From IMG/VR virus record IMGVR_UViG_2534681933_000013, positions 1 to 13,383 of that record: DNA of 13,383 bases. The stretch is one strand, 5' to 3'. Below the pieces are notes generated by a model that saw only the letters and a program-made list of their open reading frames with translations, ran no database searches and had not been told where the DNA came from. This DNA comes from a virus. Lineage: Duplodnaviria > Heunggongvirae > Uroviricota > Caudoviricetes. Of the stretch, positions 9,991 to 13,383 are shown one piece after another (within the stretch, counting starts at the first letter, position 1; every line of letters starts with the position of its first letter). The position numbers were made by a program, and so were the translations under genes.

Positions 9991-10252
9991 CAGAGGTGCT
10001 AGTTGGTGGCACTGCTCAGTTGGGTGAACCCCTTAGCTGTCAGTGTCGCGTCCGGGTGGTTACGGGAACGTACGTGTTCAGCCAGTGACTGTGCGGCTTC
10101 CTCCGTTTTTTTCTTCAGCCATTTCGTCCTGTTTGCCAGTTGCCGGGGGGCTCGATTTGATATCCCGTCTGCACCACCCAGAACCGGATCTGATGTCTCC
10201 AGTTGATAGATATTTTCTTCCCACTTTTCTGTTTCATTCAGGTTTCCCATAA

Positions 10253-10831
10253 TCAACTGCTCCCGTGGTTATAACTGCCATCATGGATGGCGGTATTGTT
10301 ATAGCGAATGGCCACAGACTGATACTCCAGGCTGGCCAGATGGCAGCGGGCCGGTGCAAATGCAGCCAGCGTCTGACGCAGCATCGCGGCCTGATCGTTA
10401 GTAATGGGCTGTTTCAGAATAACGCGATAAACTGCCCAGGCGGCTGCATCTCCATGAACAAACAGTCCGTTATAGCTGCGATTGCCGTCGTAACTGAGAC
10501 GACCTGTGCCTTCAATCAGATCCACTTCACCAAAGCCAAAACGGCGGATAACTTCCCGGATTGACCACGGCGTCCCTTTATACCGGTGCAGTTCGATGGC
10601 TGCTTTTATAAGCATGCGGCGAACATCGTCCGATTCCGCCAGCTCCCAGCCATCGCCAGACAGTGAGAACTGCTCGCCCAGCCATGGCAGCGCGGAACTG
10701 TCGACGATATCGACGAGAAAGACCATCAGTACGCTCAGGTCGATGTTATCCAGCCGTCCTGCCAGTCTTCCCAGCGTCCTGAGACTGATATCACCCTCAA
10801 GCGGTGGCGGGAGTTGTAATGGCTCAGTCAT
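10253..10831 (-). CDS. Baseplate/tail protein, P2 gpI / Mu gp48-like (192 aa)
   Basis: Complete ORF immediately upstream of the fibre gene, with overlapping stop and start codons on both sides. Call is by size and position in the baseplate operon. Confidence 0.7.
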   Translation of the reverse strand: MTEPLQLPPPLEGDISLRTLGRLAGRLDNIDLSVLMVFLVDIVDSSALPWLGEQFSLSGDGWELAESDDVRRMLIKAAIELHRYKGTPWSIREVIRRFGFGEVDLIEGTGRLSYDGNRSYNGLFVHGDAAAWAVYRVILKQPITNDQAAMLRQTLAAFAPARCHLASLEYQSVAIRYNNTAIHDGSYNHGSS

Positions 10832-11927
10832 CAGACACTCCAGTCATGTTAAGAGTGATTGCCGTACAGTTTGCCCATTCGTTTTCTGCCACCACCCGCA
10901 GTGCCGGTGTCACCAGTTCAACCTGGTACACCCCGGAAACGGACAATGCACTGATAATCTGGCTGGGGACAATATCGCGCCCCAGCGTGGCGGCACGTGA
11001 TGCCACCCAGTTCTGTATGGCGCTGTTAGCGGCATCTTTTACAGACCTGGCATCCTGATCACGATAGATCGTAATCTTGGCTTCAATGGTGTAATCCACC
11101 TTCACTGGTGTTTTAGCCCGCACTGTATCAGTGAGTGGCCTGACTTTCTCATCAGAGCAGAAACTCTCTACCAGCGTGAGAACACCGCCGTCCGGCAGAC
11201 CGGTACTGAGCAGCGGATACAGATCTACGGTCCCGGGAACCGGGGAAAGCACAGCAACATCGACAATGTTGGGATGGGCCTGCATGGCATGAAAGCGGTA
11301 TGCGCCACGGCTTCCGGCATTGGTGAATGACTCCGGGGCCAGCCTGATACGCTCCCGGAGCCTGTCATCGTCTTCCTGTTCTGAACCGCCGGAACTGGCC
11401 GTCAGATTGCTCACCAGCAGGTCGACGTTATCAATCTCATCGAGTAACTGACTGACCTGCGCAGGTTGCCAGCCGTTACCAGCGGTACCGGGTTCGGTAC
11501 AGGTGGACGTGACATTGACCAGCAGCAATCCGGCCTTCAGTACCACATCTGTATCGGTGGCAAAAATAACGCTGTCGGAAGCGCTGACGCGGGTGCCTGC
11601 CGGGATCAGCACATCAATGGCCAGTGCCTCATCTACGGAGAACTGGAGCGTGGTAGTGGCAGGCTGCGCGGCAAGACGGTATACACCGACCAGTTCACCG
11701 AGGTAATCAATCATCGGCTCACGGGCAAAGGCGACCAGATTCTGCTTTGCTGCCTCCTGTACCGCAACCCTGACCAGCATTTCGCGATAGGCCCACAGAT
11801 CAATCAGCAGACGTTCTGCCTGTGCCGGGTACAGCGTTTTGCCGGTATCCGCTTCATACTTCGCAATCATTTCTGCCGTGATTTTGTCGGCATCGCGTTC
11901 AATAAAATCGGGTTCTGTCAGCGCCAT
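10824..11927 (-). CDS. Baseplate protein, P2 gpJ / Mu gp47-like (367 aa)
   Basis: Complete ORF between the gp25-like and gpI-like genes, overlapping both neighbours by 8-10 nt. Size and position fit the Baseplate_J family. Confidence 0.75.
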   Translation of the reverse strand: MALTEPDFIERDADKITAEMIAKYEADTGKTLYPAQAERLLIDLWAYREMLVRVAVQEAAKQNLVAFAREPMIDYLGELVGVYRLAAQPATTTLQFSVDEALAIDVLIPAGTRVSASDSVIFATDTDVVLKAGLLLVNVTSTCTEPGTAGNGWQPAQVSQLLDEIDNVDLLVSNLTASSGGSEQEDDDRLRERIRLAPESFTNAGSRGAYRFHAMQAHPNIVDVAVLSPVPGTVDLYPLLSTGLPDGGVLTLVESFCSDEKVRPLTDTVRAKTPVKVDYTIEAKITIYRDQDARSVKDAANSAIQNWVASRAATLGRDIVPSQIISALSVSGVYQVELVTPALRVVAENEWANCTAITLNMTGVSDD

Positions 11928-12265
11928 AGCAGCTCCTGAGTCCGGGTCTGTCCGTCTGAGCCTTTCCAGCTCACCCGGAGCGTAAGATGTTCGCCGTCGA
12001 CGGCGGGTTTAACTGACATAAGCTGGCAGCGGGGCTCCCAGCGCCGGATGGCATCGACGGATTCGCGCACCACATGCGGAATGGCCCGGTCTACAGGCCA
12101 GTCGATATAAAGATGCAGATTGCTGCCGAACTCCGGGCGATGCGGGTCGCTGCCGCGGGGAGTCCGCAGGATAATTTGAATCGCCTGCCGGATATCATCC
12201 AGCCCCCGGACAATTTCGCCGGGAGCCTGCAGGGTCGGTTGCCAGAATACTGAGGTTGTTTTCAT
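11918..12265 (-). CDS. Baseplate wedge protein, gp25/gpW-like (115 aa)
   Basis: Contains the gp25-family core IQIILRTPRGSDPHRPEFGSNL. The 115-aa size matches P2 gpW and Mu gp46. Confidence 0.8.
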   Translation of the reverse strand: MKTTSVFWQPTLQAPGEIVRGLDDIRQAIQIILRTPRGSDPHRPEFGSNLHLYIDWPVDRAIPHVVRESVDAIRRWEPRCQLMSVKPAVDGEHLTLRVSWKGSDGQTRTQELLWR

Positions 12266-12283
12266 GGGGGCAGTATTGCCCCC
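12266..12283 (-). other. Stable hairpin abutting the start codon of the gp25-like gene
   Basis: GGGGGCA-GTAT-TGCCCCC, a perfect 7-bp GC-rich stem. On the mRNA it ends directly at the AUG and covers the likely Shine-Dalgarno position. Confidence 0.5.
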
Positions 12284-12319
12284 GTGCGGGAACGCTGATA
12301 TTAAAGGCGTTTAAAAAGC

Positions 12320-12916
12320 TCAGTGGGAGTGGTGGCTGGAGTTTTCGCCATCAGACAACATACTGCCCGTGGCATGGGCATTCCCTTTAATCTCGATATT
12401 GCCATGGATGGTCGCGGTAACACCTTCACCACCAGAACCCGCCATGCCTCCTTCGTAAATCAGCTTACCCCTGACACGCAGATCTCCGGTAAGTTCGGTT
12501 TCCGGTGCGTCAATCGTGGCTTTCTGTGTTTTCAATACCACATCAGCACCACACTCAATGACAATATGCTCAATGCCGCCCCGGATGGTCAGAGTGTGCG
12601 TCTTCCGGTTGTAGCTGTACTCTGCACCATCAGCAAACCGGGTTCCCCGGATATTTTTGTCACTGAACGGTGGTTTATCGACGTCTGAATACACCGCGCC
12701 CAGAATAACACCATCCTCGCCGTTGGCATCGAGCAGTACCTCAACCTGCTCCCCCACGTCAGGGAGCCAGTAATCTTTGTTATCCTGGGTATTGCGCTGC
12801 AGCACGTTAAGCCAGTTTGTGCGCAGGTTATCGCATTCAGGCAGACGAACGCGGGCCTGAACCCTGTCGGCATCAACGGCACTGACCGTACCGACCTGAC
12901 GAGTGACACCAGTCAT
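12320..12916 (-). CDS. Baseplate spike/assembly protein, gpV / Mu gp45-like (198 aa)
   Basis: Complete ORF with a gpV-like N-terminal segment (WLPDVGEQVEVLL) and a glycine-rich C-terminal part. Its start overlaps the upstream gene's stop (ATGA). Confidence 0.75.
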   Translation of the reverse strand: MTGVTRQVGTVSAVDADRVQARVRLPECDNLRTNWLNVLQRNTQDNKDYWLPDVGEQVEVLLDANGEDGVILGAVYSDVDKPPFSDKNIRGTRFADGAEYSYNRKTHTLTIRGGIEHIVIECGADVVLKTQKATIDAPETELTGDLRVRGKLIYEGGMAGSGGEGVTATIHGNIEIKGNAHATGSMLSDGENSSHHSH

Positions 12917-13383
12917 TTTTTCTTCTCCTTAATCACCGTCGATGTACTGCCATCCGGGTGATAAACCGTGAGTTTCTGAGTTTTTTGTTTTTTCCCTCTT
13001 GTGACTGGCCCCCGTGCCACTTCCAGCTCTGTGGTGTAGCCGCTGTTACGGTCAAACGCATGGCGGGCAGTGGTTATGAGCCATGGCCCGGATAACTGCC
13101 CAAAACCCACCAGTTCAATTTTGTTGCCTGCTGTCAGTTGAGGTGTTCCCGTCAGCGTCAGGGAGCCGTTCTGCTGGTATTCGTTATGTCTGGCCAGTGC
13201 TGAATCCGCTTTAATCCGGGCACTGTCCGGGTCGCTGACGCGGCTGTTAACTTTAAGTGAGTCAGCGCTGGTAACCTTACCACCTTTGAGCTTTTTGTCG
13301 CTTTCACGGGTACCACCATCAGCTTCGTAGACGATCAGTTTTTTACTGCTGCTTTTCTGGTGTTTTACCTTTGCAGATTTATA
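12913..13383 (-). CDS. Phage baseplate/tail protein, C-terminal 156 codons; possibly the gpD / Mu gp44 hub, by synteny only
   Basis: The minus-strand frame is open from the window end to the stop at 12913-12915 (ends ...LTVYHPDGSTSTVIKEKKK). The ORF track shows only its last 65 codons from an internal GTG. Product assignment is positional. Confidence 0.45.
   Translation of the reverse strand, partial: YKSAKVKHQKSSSKKLIVYEADGGTRESDKKLKGGKVTSADSLKVNSRVSDPDSARIKADSALARHNEYQQNGSLTLTGTPQLTAGNKIELVGFGQLSGPWLITTARHAFDRNSGYTTELEVARGPVTRGKKQKTQKLTVYHPDGSTSTVIKEKKK

Larger units (their letters stand above)
8805..10250 (-). pseudogene. Tail-fibre gene (Mu S / lambda Stf family) split by two frameshifts into three ORFs
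   Basis: Pieces are 9999-10250 (N-terminus ending HPDATLTAKGFTQLSSATN), 9044-10012 (TPKAVKAAYDLA repeats then ALPVGVPVPWP crossover region) and 8805-9068 (ends NRPRNIAFNYIVRTA). A +1 nt near 9998-10001 and a -1 nt near 9125-9131 separate them. If these are sequencing errors it is an intact fibre gene of about 480 aa. Confidence 0.65.
6472..13383 (-). mobile_element. Right-end portion of a Mu-like transposable prophage; continues beyond the window end
   Basis: Terminus begins 5'-TG with Mu-R-end-like repeats, then an invertase, an invertible tail-fibre region, tail-fibre assembly and fibre genes, and gpI/gpJ/gp25/gpV-like baseplate genes. This is the gene order at the right end of Mu. The junction lies inside a host coding sequence. 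Confidence 0.75.

Noticed and set aside
9384-10027. Tandem repeats considered as a CRISPR array or other non-coding repeat
   Set aside because: Units are 168 bp with no spacers, lie entirely within an open reading frame, and encode a repeated protein module. This is an intragenic coding repeat.
10003-12688. Plus-strand ORFs of 67-164 aa across the baseplate operon (10003-10206, 10265-10564, 10506-11000, 11466-11939, 12323-12688)
   Set aside because: All are antisense to tightly packed, overlapping minus-strand baseplate genes and have serine/arginine-rich, low-complexity translations.

Overview
The window has two parts. Positions 1-6471 are an Escherichia coli-type chromosomal segment in K-12 gene order: gadA (5' part), yhjA, treF, yhjB and yhjC, with a GAD box upstream of gadA, an intrinsic terminator after yhjA and a perfect FNR box upstream of yhjA. 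From 6472 to the window end the DNA is the right end of a Mu-like transposable prophage that appears to have inserted inside the 3' end of yhjC. Reading inward from the junction it carries a Mu-R-end-like terminus, a Hin/Gin-family invertase, a tail-fibre switching region with three hix/gix-like sites and two silent C-terminal cassettes, a tail-fibre assembly gene, a tail-fibre gene with two frameshifts and a 168-bp tandem repeat array, and baseplate genes (gpI-, gpJ-, gp25/gpW- and gpV-like plus a partial upstream gene). All phage genes are on the minus strand. No tRNA, rRNA or CRISPR was seen. Everything rests on reading the sequence and translations by eye and on recalled family sequences; no database search was run.
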